From Paraspadella gotoi (lineage: Eukaryota > Animalia > Chaetognatha): a stretch of 64,000 bases of DNA. Positions 37,375-50,900 of this stretch are shown here, piece by piece. The DNA lies in NCBI GenBank assembly GCA_051294375.1, contig CM119263.1, forward strand, positions 15,912,532 to 15,976,531, in the 5' to 3' direction. Made by a program: the position numbers and the translations under genes. Position 1 is the first letter of the stretch, and each line of letters opens with the position of its first letter. Below the pieces are notes generated by a model. It did not search any database, was not told the DNA's origin, and saw nothing but the letters and a program-made list of their open reading frames with translations.

Positions 37375-40300
37375 TTCTCTCTGTCTCGCGATGTCCGCCA
37401 GCGGAATGACCGGGTGTAAATAAAAAAAAGTAAAGAAAAGAAGCGCGATCGATTATTAATGGGAAATATTCTTGAAGAAGAAGATCTACTTTCTTTCCCG
37501 GTTAAAGTTTCATGATTCGAAACAAAGAAGCATCGTCGCTTTTTGTAGGCCGATAAATAATGCAGAGGGATATTCGGAATGAGGGATAAGGAAATGACGC
37601 CATGGCATCTGTAGCTATCACTTGTGTCGCTGACGAGACTGGTTTATATAGTTTTCAGTCGGTCGGACACTCGTGCGTATTTAAAGGCCGGACTGGAAAA
37701 AAAAATTAACTTAAAAAAAAATAATACAGTTTCATACGTACGTATACAAATATTTTTTTTTTAATTATAGAAAATAGAAAAAAAATATCGGTCTTTATAT
37801 CTTCCCTCGTATATATCTTGAAGTAAGCGATGAGGAAAAATAATAGCGAAATCCCGTTCGTCCTTGTCTTGGGACGAAATTTAAAGTGGATTTGACGAAT
37901 CATCAAAAAATCTGAGCATCGATAAAACAATAACTAAACAAATATAAGTCTCTCTCTACACCGGGAAAGAAAACTATCTATGGCCACTAGTTTTTCTTCA
38001 GTCATGATCGAAATATTTTCATTTTATACACATTATATTTATAACTCCTGGAAAAAAAGGAATAAAGTGACACTGCGTCAGAAGGCGCGTTTCTTGTTTT
38101 CATCGCCAAAAATACATCAACAATAACTCAATTATTTTCCCCCCTTCGCTCCTTTTCTTTACGATAATAAAATGAAATCGACAAAACGTCAACCGCAAAC
38201 ACAAAAACGACAAAAGCAACGACTTAAAACTTGTTTTCCCTTTGTGATGTTCTCGTACTTCTTTTAAATATTTCTCCCTTTCGTTTTATTTTGTCCTCAG
38301 GATTTTTCCCGATCAGCGGCCAGCGTCGCCAGCGCTTCCATCCAGATTTCAACGACGAGGGGCCAAAGAATCGGGTTCAACATTTCCGTCTTCACCACCT
38401 TTACTAACAAAAAAAAAACTACAACAACAACAACAACACCGCTAGAATAGCAGCTCACGTTTTAAAACTAGTAACCAAAATAAAAACCGTACAAAATATA
38501 ATTCCTTCCTCCATAAAACGAAAAAGATTAACTACCTTCAAAACTTAATAAGGAACAACCCCCTTCCCCGCTTGAAAAAAATAAAGTAACAAAAAACGAT
38601 CGACCCGGTCCGCCCCCCAACGGAAAGGACGACGAAAGGAACGCCCTCCGACTCTCTTTTTCCGCCCCGCCCCCAGATGTCGCGCTAAAATCATAAACGG
38701 TCGCGGCGAGAATGAAACACGTCGACGTCGCCTTCGTGTCGAGACTCGAGACTTGAATCGCGTCGTCACGCTCGCCGCTCGTTCTCCCATCATCCGCCCC
38801 TCCTCCTTCCGCCCGCCGCCCCTCGATCCACTTATCCCCCCCCACCTCCGCAGTTGATGTGCGGCTGCTGAGCGGCCCGCAGTCGCCGCTACCGTACTCG
38901 TCCGATAATTCCATCGAAAGTACGGGATCTTTCGTTCTGAACGCACCTTTAGCAAAGTCAAATATTTAAGTCGTTATTTTTTTAATGCTGGTTTCCCGTA
39001 ATTATAAAATTATTTAATGTATAAAAACTACGGGGGTTAACTACAACCGTACACATTTCAAAAAGTGACTATCGACCAGAATATCAATATTTATGTAGTG
39101 AACGGGTCAATTCCTCGGACTGGCGTCGAGACCGAATCTGAGTTCACCACGCGCGTGGACGCCGCTGGATCGGAGACGTACAGATCGGCGTCCTCAGATC
39201 GTTTGCTTGATAGCTTGATAACATGTCTTTAACAAAGCTTGTTTTGTTCTTAATTAAAACCAATACCGTAATAGAATAATCCAAGAATATAGAGGATATA
39301 AAGAATATAAAGGATAATGGATAATTGATAATGGATAATGGTTAAAGTATTTAATAAACGTGCGTTCGAAAGAAAAGAACCTGTACGCCGTCAAAGATAA
39401 AGACAACGATCGCAAGAAGGCTGCCCGGGCGTGACGGGGGCGGAGATGCGGCGTCGCGGGATCCTCAGGACGATTGACGCTCCCGCCGTCATTGGCGCTG
39501 ATTCCCGTGGCGCCATATGCGGTGGATCTCTTGAGGCGTTGCCCCTGACGCTGGCCTCGATCGAAGCGGCGCCGTGAATTCGCCAAAAAAAGGAATCCAG
39601 TTTGAGTTATCGTAATATAGAGGAAATGTCAAAATGTCAAATAAATTTGTCCATATGTAAATATTAAATTATGATTTGAAATATTTTCTATGTAAAAGTA
39701 GAAAACTTCAGAGAAAAACCTATGGTTAAATCCGTTAATTTTACAAATAATTTGTTTATTTTTTTAACCGGTAGTAAAACGTCAGTCTATCGACGTTTCC
39801 TCTTTGTCATATTACGAGAACGTTACAATAGAGGACTCACGCCCCCCCCCCAAAAAAAAAAGAAAAACAAAAAGTCTTTCGTCTTCGTCGACCGGAAAAA
39901 ACCGAACAAACGCACAAACAAAAAAAAAAAAACCTCACCAGCGACCGCAGGGCAAAACAACCCCCCCACCCACCCAGACAGTTCATCCCCACTTTCGACG
40001 TTCCCCTTCGAATCCCACCGTCCACCCTACACTACCCCCCCCCTTTCTCTCTCGTCCCTCTGCCCTGTTCGACGATCGACGGGAGCTTCCCAACGCGCCC
40101 TTCGACGGGAGCTGGCCACGGTAACCGCGCCACTTGAGTAATGAGGCAACTTCACGTCGCCTCGATCAGTTTTTTTTTATAGTATTTTTAATCTGCCTTC
40201 GTTTTTCTTTGTGGTTCTTGGAAAATTTCTTGGCTTACCCTAATCTCTTGCCGGAGGGACGTGTAAACGATATTAGAGGGAGCGTGGTTGTTGTGAATAT

Positions 40301-41197
40301 GGAAAACCATCGTTTCTTTGTTAATAATTTTTTTTAATTGAATCTTTCCAAGGTTTTGACTCTAACAAATACGTCTTCTCCTTTTTTCCTTTAGTGCAAC
40401 GCTTGCCATGCGATTTGAACTTAGTGAAGGTAAGCAAATAATTCTTCATCAACGAGATTGAACTAATTGTAATTGTAATTGTACTAATGTTACTTTGTAA
40501 GTAAGTTTACCACTTTTTTTTTATTTTTCAGCGGCGACCATTTTGGAGATAATAAAATGCCCATCGTTTTCGCTCATCGCCTCGAATTTCGCCCATGAGT
40601 CGCCAGGGGCGCGGCGGTCGGGGTTCGGAGGCCTTCCGCACCAAACGGCGCTTCGACAAAAGACCATCCGCTGAAACATTTTGTCGGCGGACGAAACACT
40701 ACGTTACTCTGCCTTTTAGACGAAAATTTTACCTTAGATGAAAGAAAAAAAACTAAAAAAATAAAGAAAAAAAAAACTAAAACCGTTTAGGCTTCTTACG
40801 AATAAGAACAATTTACACAAAAACAAAATCAAACAAAATTGAAAATGTGGTCTTTCATATCGGACTTGAAGAAGGAAGTGCAAGAAGGTCTTCAGGTGAG
40901 TTCGCTTTCACTTCATTTTCCACAACAAAAAAATACACGGCTTAAAATGAGCGTTGTTGTCATTCCGTTGTCTAGATAATGTCTAGATAACGTATAGATT
41001 ATAATAATAGATAGCCCCGTGAGCTCGAGAGAGAGAAGTGATACCGTGAGCGAATCTCCGTAACGACGACCCTTTGACTTCGTCGTTTCTTCATCCTCAT
41101 CGTTTATTTACTCGGGGACAAACTCGGTTAATTATCGTCAGAAAAAAGTCTGAGTTTCTTCCTAAACTTCGCTTCCTCTTCCGCTTCCTCTTTTTAT

Positions 41198-41252
<55 letters not shown>

Positions 41253-41479
41253 TTTCTCTCTCTCTCTTCGTCGTTTAAACCCGTTACCTTTTCCCTTTAT
41301 TACAACGCTGTTCGTCCTATTTAATTTTTTGCATCGCTCTCTCTCTATCTTTCTCATATCCCATCTCTACGTTCCCCTCTCGCTCTCATCTGTCGCCTCT
41401 CCCGTAATTTTTGAATCATGCGTTTCTCGCTCTAATTTGCATTCAGGTTCGTCTTCGAATTCAATTAAGGTGGTTGCTC

Positions 41480-41552
<73 letters not shown>

Positions 41553-42012
41553 ACTCTCTCTCTCACGACTCCATGTTTTGTATCCTCCCTTTTCTTTTTC
41601 GGTCCTGGGTTCTGCTCGAGGCTTTGGCTTTCCAATTAGGCACTAATGACGCCGAAGCTCCGGAGAAGAGAAGGCAGAATATTCACTATAAAAAGGATTT
41701 TAAGACGCGCGGGCGGGTTCAAGAATCGGAACTTCCACGAGGTTTTCACAACTCGCGCGTGAAGTGAAAAAAAAAACTATTTCAGTATCCGGGGCACATC
41801 GACCAAAGGTGCACTTGTTCAAAACTACGAATGTTGAATCCCGTTGAATAACAGCCGAGGTTTAAGGAAGAGAAATCTTGAAATGAAATTGCCTAAAATT
41901 TATAATCTGTCTTGTTTGAATCTCCTTTCCTCAAAAAGGTCAAAGTTGAGCCCTTCTCATTTTTTATACTCCACTGAGTCCCCCTCTTCTTCTCGTAATA
42001 TTAATTTTCGTC

Positions 42013-42129
<117 letters not shown>

Positions 42130-42576
42130 TCCCACGGGACGTCCCTGTCTCTTTCCCGTCTCTTGGCTCTCGTTTTCCTTAAGTCTCTTTACCTCTTTCT
42201 CCGTCCTTTGTTCTTTTATTCTCTTTTCATAACAAACCGTTTCCGGTGATCGCTTCCGAATTTCCGATGCTTTTTCTTTCGATGTTTTTAGGCGCCATCT
42301 TGTTTCAATGTGCTCCCGACGAACCCGTTTATCTAATGAATATTCAATTCAATTCAGATCCGAGAAAATCTTTGACTCGGAATCAATGCCATGAGCTTGG
42401 TTGTACATTTAAAATGAAATTTTTATTTTAAACTTTTAGGATTACTGCATCAGTGCTGTTTGCCTTTGAAATTAGCTCACTTCTGCTTAGAAATATAATT
42501 ATAATTATATCAGTGACGGACTCACTTCTTTTGATGCACTGATGCAATAATCCTAAATGTTTAAAATAAAAATATT

Positions 42577-43178
42577 GGTTCCCGCGGGATTCCTCCCAAA
42601 GGAATTCCTCCCACATGGGATAACTCCCCACAGGATTCCGTCCCATGGAATTCATCCCACACGAGATTCCTCCCACGGGATTCCTCTCACGAGGGATTCC
42701 TCCCACATAAGATTCCTCTCACATGGGATTCCTCCCATGGGATTCCTCCTACACAGGATTCTTCCCATGCAGGATTCCTCCCACGGAAATCCATTGTTGG
42801 ATGAATCCTAAATGAAAGGATGCCCGTGTGGGATGAAACCCATGTGAGAAGAATGCTGTATGCAAGGAATCCCACGCAGGAGTAATACCATGTGGGAGGA
42901 ATCCCATGTGGGAGAAATCCCGTGTGGGAGGAATCCCATGCGGGAGGAATTTCATGTGTGAGGAATCCCGTGTGGGAGGAATCCCGTGAGGGAGGAATTC
43001 CAAGGAGAGGAATCCCGTGTGGAAGGAGTTCCTTTGGGAGGAATTCCTTGGGGAAGAATACCGTTTGGGAAGAATCCCGCGGGGAGGAATCCAGTGTGGT
43101 AGGAATCCCGTGTGGGAGAAATCCCATGGAGAGGAATCCCGCTTGGGAGGAATCCCATGTGGGAGGAATACCATGACC
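42577..43178. mobile_element. Foldback element built of ~15-16-bp GGATTCCTCCCACAC units, left arm forward and right arm inverted
   Basis: Units ggattcctcccac 42587-42790; units gtgggaggaatcc ~42825-43172; termini GGT.../...ACC. Confidence 0.75.
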
Positions 43179-43180
43179 AT

Positions 43181-43234
<54 letters not shown>

Positions 43235-45195
43235 TAACCCTAGATCGTACACCCGTTACAATCGTGGGCATCATCTTGTTGATCTTACAATCGCAATGTT
43301 CAGTGCCATCTACCCGTTGTCCGTTTTCCGACACCAAAAGAATGCTTACCATTTCTCATTAGATAAATATTTTAAATTTGTTTTTATCCCATCTTATAGC
43401 AAAGTACCGGACGTTTATTATATTTTAATTTTATATAATTAATTTCATGTTTACTTTAATGATCATCCATTTTTAAAAAAAAATCATTATAAATTGATTT
43501 CTCGTGAAATTCTTTTTGGTGTCACTCGCGAACGAACACGGGGTCGTAGTATGACTATTCTCACTCTCATGCCATCTCTGAAATCATTCTTTCCTTTCCA
43601 TCTTCAATTATGCTATACCCTACTACGCCATCTGCTTCGTAATTTTCTCTCGTGCCATTTCTGCCTTCTCGGACGACGGTTCATGTCCAACCGTCGGTGT
43701 TTGGATTCGTTCCAATCTAGCGGAACTTCGGTGGTAGTGAAGCCGATGGTAGAGCAGTCGCTGGAGCAGGCGATGGAGCCGTCAGTGGCGCAAGGCGGTG
43801 AAGGAGGCGATGAAGTTGGTGGTTTTGGCAGACGGAGGAGCAAAAGCAGGAGTCGGTAGTGAGGGGGGCGGTTTTTGACCGCGGCTGTGGCTTTAATCAG
43901 ATCAGGATTCGCCGAGGGATTAAACGTCGTTAATGAACGCAATTCAATTCGTCGCGGTGAAGGGGGGGGGCGGTTGGTCCGAATGGGGGAACACATTTGA
44001 GACGAGAATCAATTCCTAAAAGCTTGAGGGAAATATCATTTCCTTGAGTTTGAGGCTTAATAAGTTAAGGTTTTGGGACAGACGGAGCCAATGAGAATTC
44101 GTCGATTATTTGCAACCAATGATAAATATTTAAGTTTTTAGTCTATGACAATTGGCAAAATTGGCAATCATAAATAGCTATAAAGAAAATTCAAAGGACA
44201 GAAAATAAAGTTCTAGGTTTTAAGTCCCGGTCTGTATTTTTTGTGAGTTTACTTTTGAAAAACGAATAAGTCACGAATCAATAATTGGAATTCGTCCAAG
44301 AAGAAGGCTATAACTATAAGAGGAATTTTTATCCTGACTTTATTATTTTTTGCGATATCAGAAAAATCTTTTTTGTCACCTCTAATCGCTGGATGTAATT
44401 TTATTTTTACTAGTAGCAGTACTTACAGCATTTACTCTTTTTATATATATATATACCTATATGGAATTTTTTTTCTCTATCGACGTTAATACACTTTTGG
44501 CCAAACCTGGTTCGAAAAATTTTCAAATTGCCCTTGATTATATACACAATTGTATTCTTTATTTTACGATCTTTCCTCACTATACGTGCGACAGATTTTA
44601 ATCAAAGTCTCCGAGAAAAGAAGTTTTCTATAAATTATAATCCATCCTTTTTTTGTCGCATCTCAAGAGTCGCAATCCACATCTCTCCTCTTTTCGGCGA
44701 GAAGATTAATCCTACTTTCAACTTTCCTCGCGAACTTATCCTCGGTGACAGCGGAAGGTGACAGGAAATCGGCATTTCCAGAATTCGAGGAGAAGAGGCG
44801 AAGGCGAAGCTCGCGATGAAAAAACTGCGACGGAGAGAAAGTTGTTTGTCTTCGTCGTTTTGACTGTATACTGTCGAGTTGTTTGAGTGTATAAGGTTGA
44901 TTCACATTTGATGTAAATAAATCGAGTTGAGGACCGACTTGAAATTTAGGCAGACGGTCAGTTTAGAATCTAGGCAGACATTGACCGCGCGCTTGAAGAA
45001 AGCTTTCACTGTCACAGCATCAAACTGCTTCAAAAGCGCCCATAAGTATATACCTTATATTATTATACTTCTTGAGTGTCATCAATCAAAAAACAAAAAG
45101 AATACGGCCCGGACCGAGCGTGCGTGCTTGAGGATTTAATTGATTTAGAATTCGACACGTGCGTTTCAAAGTCCGCGATTCGTTCGCCCGAGAGA

Positions 45196-45285
<90 letters not shown>

Positions 45286-46177
45286 AGAGCGCCTCCGCGA
45301 GATGGCTCAGAGTTTCTGGTCGTCCGTGTCACGACGAGTCACGTGAAAGAAGAAGGGTGAGAGAGAGAAAAAGACGGAGAGGGGAGAAGAGAAAAAAATT
45401 GGGATTGAGTGAGGGACAGAAAAACAGAAGAGGAGAGAAGAAAGTTGAAGAAGACGAATGTAGAGGGCGCTGAGTGAAATGAGAGAAAATTGGTGAAGAT
45501 CAGAGATCTAGTCAAAAGGAGGAAAGAGTGTGGCGAGAGACCTAGAAAGAGAGGAACTAAGAAAGAGACGAAATCTCTGTACTTAAAAAAGAAAATGAAT
45601 GAAGATGTACATAGTGTCATAGAGGAACCACAGGATAATCTTCATAATAATAATTGTGCGCAGGTTGAATATCAATTACTAATTAGTTACAGACGCTTTT
45701 AAAATTACTGTTTAATTTTCTCTAATTACCAAGTTATATGAAATAGAAATGTTTAGGTCAACACTGTTGATCCAATGACAAACGATATTTGTTCTGAAGG
45801 CGGTTAGCAAGCAATAAACTTAATGGGGCAAACAAAAGACGAAAGAAGAGCAATATGAGTGGAGAGCGAAAAACCAATCAGGACTAGAGGGCGTCCTCAT
45901 TGCCGGGTGATGTTTTACCGACGCCGTGATCGATGGCAACGACAAAATCACGAAGTTGAGAACAAATTCAAGGATTTCCTTTTTAATCATCGAGTGGGAA
46001 TTCAAAAGAAAATATTCGTGACGATAGATTAGAAAGAGAAATACATTTCTCTTATGTTTTTTTATGTGAAAAATTAAAAATAATAATTGATGTAAGGCAA
46101 TTTTCTCAGTCACCAATGCCAGGAGCGATGATGGATAAAGATTGAACAAGAATCCTGCTTAGAAATTGGTCTCCAAA

Positions 46178-46353
46178 TGAATAAACGAGACTGAGAGATA
46201 GTCTTGATTGAAAGCTTGCAGGGACCTGCTATGTCATTATCTTGTAAGAGTGATGGAGGCCTTAAACCACCAAAGCCTGCCCAAAGTCAGGGGTAAGATA
46301 GCTTACTTATTAAATGAATGGGTAATTTTCATATTGGTTGTACCAATTTCATA
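46178..46353 (+). repeat. Dispersed repeat family, longest copy (others 51341-51455 +, 54935-54980 -, 62044-62116 +)
   Basis: Shared gtcagggg-aagat..tgaatgg-taattttNatattggttgtaccaatttcata; all copies end at the same point. Confidence 0.7.
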
Positions 46354-46947
46354 TTAAGAAAGAAGAAAAAATCCCAAAATTCGGTCGTTGATTAATCCCT
46401 CGGTTTCTTTTCACTGAGAGATCGGATCACCTCGAAACCGACGAAGGTTATTAATATATTGATTATCGAATATCAATATCTAGTTAATTCCGTTCCTTCA
46501 TCAGATCCTCCGTTCGCCTTGAAATTAAATTAAATCATTTTTGATTAGCGTTCCTCCAATCCCGTTACCCATCATTGATTATTGATAAATATTATATAAA
46601 TGGCGGCAATGAACTTCGATTTGCCAGAATCGAACTTTTTACATTTACTTCATCCTCGGTTGTGGTAGGAATAGACTCTTTCTCTCTCGGTCAGAGACCG
46701 ATCAGCACGGGCATCGGTTATCGGCCGCGGCAACAGTTTTCTATGTCCCACTGATGTGACGGAAGGAGACAAGAGAAGGAAAGCCATTCCGGATTTTTAT
46801 GCCTCTTGTTTCCCATTTCCTTCTCCCTTTTATATTCCCTATATTTTTTTTTTCTCTCGCTCTTCTTTATATTCCTTTTTCTTTCTTCATTTTGTTGAAT
46901 AATGGATATTGCGCCGGGAAAAAAAGGCGAGATACTCCTCTACTCTA

Positions 46948-47051
<104 letters not shown>

Positions 47052-47998
47052 CTCTCTTTCTCTCGCTGCTCGAGGGGGGAAGATCCTCGATTCGATTTTA
47101 TTGCCGTACGTAAGAATTTAACAAAAATTTATGTACTTCATCTCGTTAATTTTCATTACGAGAAAAAACCACTGGCGGTTCGGGTCCGATAGACGATAAA
47201 ATTTTGTTGAAAAGCGGAGTCCGTTCGCTCGTGTAAAGATTTTTAGGCTTTTAGATTTAAAATTGTCATGGGCTATAATAGTATTGGGCAATATTTCCGT
47301 AGTGGCGCCGATCACAAACTTTCACTTCCCATCGAAAGCGGGGCGAGTTTCGTACAAACTGCATCGGTTATTTTGGTTATTTTGGTTATTTTGGTTTTGA
47401 CTCGCTTTTTCGATTTCGCGAACATTTTTTCTTCTCATCCGAGACATTTGTATGTTGGTATTTACTTGTTTACAACTGTATTTGCCCTACTTACTACAGA
47501 TTATTTCCATTCTTAATTTTGTTTTAGCTGGACTATAAAAAATTATTTAAATTTTTTTTAAATATTCTTTAAGGTTCTTTTCGTCTACACTGTAACTAAC
47601 AGTAGTTAATGCACTTAATATCGAAATATAATTTTAAATAAAATCATAATCTTGCAATGTAGCTCAAAGCACGATGTTCATTTGTTCACAATATCTTCTG
47701 GAGGGCAATAGAAAAACGAGTGGCGCCGCCGTGCAGCACGAATTCAAACAACCTCCGCGAGGGCGGTTTACTAGTCACAAAATACAACTAAAAAACAAAA
47801 AGTAATTACAAGTTATGAGAATGCCGAAAAGGTTCAGAGCTAAAACATCGATCGAAAATAAATGTATGTAAATATTAATTAGTCAAAAGAAAAAAAATCA
47901 GTAATTTCCTACCCACTACTTTAAAAAGATTTCAAATTAAAAAGAAATATTTCCATACTCAGCGATGCTTCGTAGTTTGACGCAGCGATGTTCCTTCT

Positions 47999-50900
47999 TC
48001 AGTGATAAATCTCCGGAAGTTCTGGCTGTTCTGGTTGCTCGGGCTGCTCCGTTGACTCGGGCACCTCACGCTTACCGGGATGTTTCATAAAATTACCAGT
48101 GAATTTCGTGAAGGAGTTCATCATCTTTGAGTAATCCATCCCTTCACGCTTCTGTTTTGGCTGGGCGACTTTGTCGTCCTTACACGTCGTTTTAGGTGGC
48201 TCCTCATCTTTGCCCGTTAAGATAAGTTTCCCTAAAGTTACCATCGTTTTGAAAAGGCCTGGCGGAGGTGGAGGTTGCCTCATTACTCCGAGGAGTCCTG
48301 CTCCGGCTGCTCTTTTCTCCGTGGAATTTTTAGCGGTTTCTTTTTCCATGGCTTTTTCTTTGGCTTTTTCCTTTACGAAAGCCGACTTGATATCCTTCCA
48401 AACTGCTTTCAAAACATCTAAGACTTCCTTTTGTGCTGCCTTTGAGGCTGGTGAGTCGTCATCATCTTCATCAGATTCATCAGATTCATCGGATTCATCG
48501 GATTCATCGGATTCATCAGATTCATCGTCGTCATCATCATCTTTTTTTGGTTTCTTCGTCATGTCTTCTTCGTCTTTCAAGCCCCGGCTATCTTTCTTTT
48601 TCTTATTAAACATAGATTTATAATAATCTGCTAATTTCGAGTAGTCTGAAGGCGGACCCTTGTCCTTGGCGCCGTCGGCGTCGTCGTCATCTTTATCGGC
48701 GTCATCTCCTTCGGCGTCATCTCCATCGGCGTCATCTCCATCGGCGTCATCTCCTTCGGCGTCATCTCCATCGGCGTCATCTCCATCGGCGTCATCTCCT
48801 TCGGCGTCATCTCCTTCGGCTTCGTCGTCGTCTTTCTTAGTCGTCGTTTTCTCTATGTCGATCTTCCCTCCGGATGCATGGAACAATGACCAAGCGGCCT
48901 TCATGTGTTTCAAGAATTCCTCTTCTTTGGCGGCTTCTTTGGCGGCTTCTTTGGTCTTCGACGGCCCGTGGTTTCCGTCGCCGTCGCCGTCTTCGCCGCT
49001 TTCGCCGCTTTCTCCGCTCTCTGCCTCCCGTTTCCCCGTTTGACCCGCTTTGTGGAAGGTAGCCTTGATCCTCTGCGGCGCCATTTTGGCGCTGGCGATG
49101 AAGAATTCCAGAGCTTCGATGACGATCTTGGTGGGATCGGGATAGACTGGCGCTTTGGCGGTTCCTTTTTTGTCAGAATTGGGACTCGTGGCGCCGAGGA
49201 GATCCCGACGGGTTGCGCCGCTCGCACCCTGATAGAGAAGTTAAAAATTCATAGATTTACGCCTCATTTCATCTAAACACGGATTTTAAATGGGAGTGAA
49301 ATGAAAAGATTTGTTATAATTTTTAACTAACTGAATGTGATTAATATTTGTTCATTTCTGTAAAATTTTCTTTGATTTCATGCAAGCAATATCTGGCGTT
49401 TAAGGCGTCGCCCGTCCCTTGCAAGTTTGACGAGGGTAAAAAACGAAGAAAATGTTTACAAACATTTTACTGTCATATAAAATACCCGTCAAATTCAAGT
49501 TGAGGACGGGACTAACCGTTTACCGAAAGTCAAAAAACGAACTAAAGGTTGCTTATAAGTCTCTCCCAAATTTGGAGAGACAGACAGACCATAAAGATAT
49601 TGACTGGACGCGTAATGTGAAATAAAAGATGTTGACCATTTAAAGAGTGAGGGAAAAAGACCAAAAAGAAACATAGGTAAATATTTATTAGTTAAAAATT
49701 AAATAAAAGGTTAGGGTTAGGGATTAGTTTAGTGATTAAATGAGGTATTAGGTTAAAAATCATGAATAAAGGTTTAAGGTCAGGGTTAAAGATTAGGGTG
49801 AGGGATTAGGTTATAAGTTTAAAAATATGGTTAGATTAAATATTAAAATTAAACTCAAGAATAAAGAACAAAAATGGGGCGCTCAAGGAAACCAGAGATC
49901 AAGAATTTGTTTTAGACTTACTTGTGTTTGTACTTTCGAAGTGTTAACAGTTTCTAAATAATTGATTAGAGAATGCATGCTTTTGCCGAGATGAAGCTGT
50001 TTTGCCATCGCCTTTATTTTTTTCGTGTAGTTTTTCAGTTCATCCTTATCCATGTCTAACACACCTTGCAAATCTTGCATTGCATTGTAGAAATCTCCGT
50101 ATGAGTAGGTCTAAAAATTATAGGAAAATATTATTAAATATTATTAAGGCTGAAGAATTCATTTAAAGATGAACACTCATGGAATCACTTGGGTAGCCCG
50201 ACATCTACACCATCTTCAATCAAAGGCAAACGAGATTTATTAAAAATTTTGTCAACACGAAGAATGAGGTTTTATTGTAAAAAGTAAGAAACAATGCCTT
50301 GATTACCCAAATTGCTTATTTATTCTATTTATGTTGTTATTTTGCTGTTAATGTAGTATAATTTGATATGAATAAACACACCTCATTTGAAAGATAAGAA
50401 AACAATGAGATGGTTTAGTTGAGCCATCAAAAAAGTTCAGGTTGCTCAAAAGATTAACATTCTGATTTTATATTTTTCTTAACTTTTTTACACCATAAAA
50501 AATAGTTACATAACTGATACGAAGTAGGTTCAACCAATTAAGATGAAAAACGGAATTTTATTCAGAAACGTAGAATGCTTCGACAATTTATTTATTTAAT
50601 TTAAACCCCTAATTTTTACGTCACCCACAGATAGAAAACTTAAAATTTCATTTCTAATTACGCGGTAAAAACCAAATTAAATCAACGAAAAAAAACCGTC
50701 TTTGTGTCTTTTAACTAATTATATGAGAGAATATTTATTCATCCTGATTTAAACCTTTACCGTGGTATCCTCATCCGCTGGTTTAGGTGTTGTAACTGAA
50801 GGCGTAGCCGTTCCACTCATGACCTTAAGTAAGTAAATATTTAGGTTAGTTAATGGTTATTTAAGAAGTCAATATTTAATTTTCTCTTTTTAAACATTTA

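Noticed and set aside
37625-37672. CTGACGA followed by a GACTG/CAGTC hairpin
   Set aside because: The required GAAA is replaced by GGTC and no stem III forms.
40395-40675. Possible two-exon mini-gene (donor GTAAGC at 40430, acceptor at 40531)
   Set aside because: Splice sites are plausible, but no frame gives a recognisable or clearly protein-like product.
42577-43178. CRISPR-like look of the short repeats, and ORFs across them
   Set aside because: No unique spacers, eukaryotic context, no cas genes; the ORFs are repeat translations.
43613-43996. GC-rich 127-aa minus-strand ORF
   Set aside because: No motif or splice support; cannot be distinguished from a chance ORF.
48171-49276. Plus-strand ORFs opposite the acidic precursor (similarly ORFs opposite the mannosidase exons)
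   Set aside because: Antisense shadows of a well-supported minus-strand CDS.
49705-49835. GGTTAG/TTAGGG telomere-like repeats
   Set aside because: Short, degenerate and intronic; more likely a transposon-internal simple repeat than a telomere.
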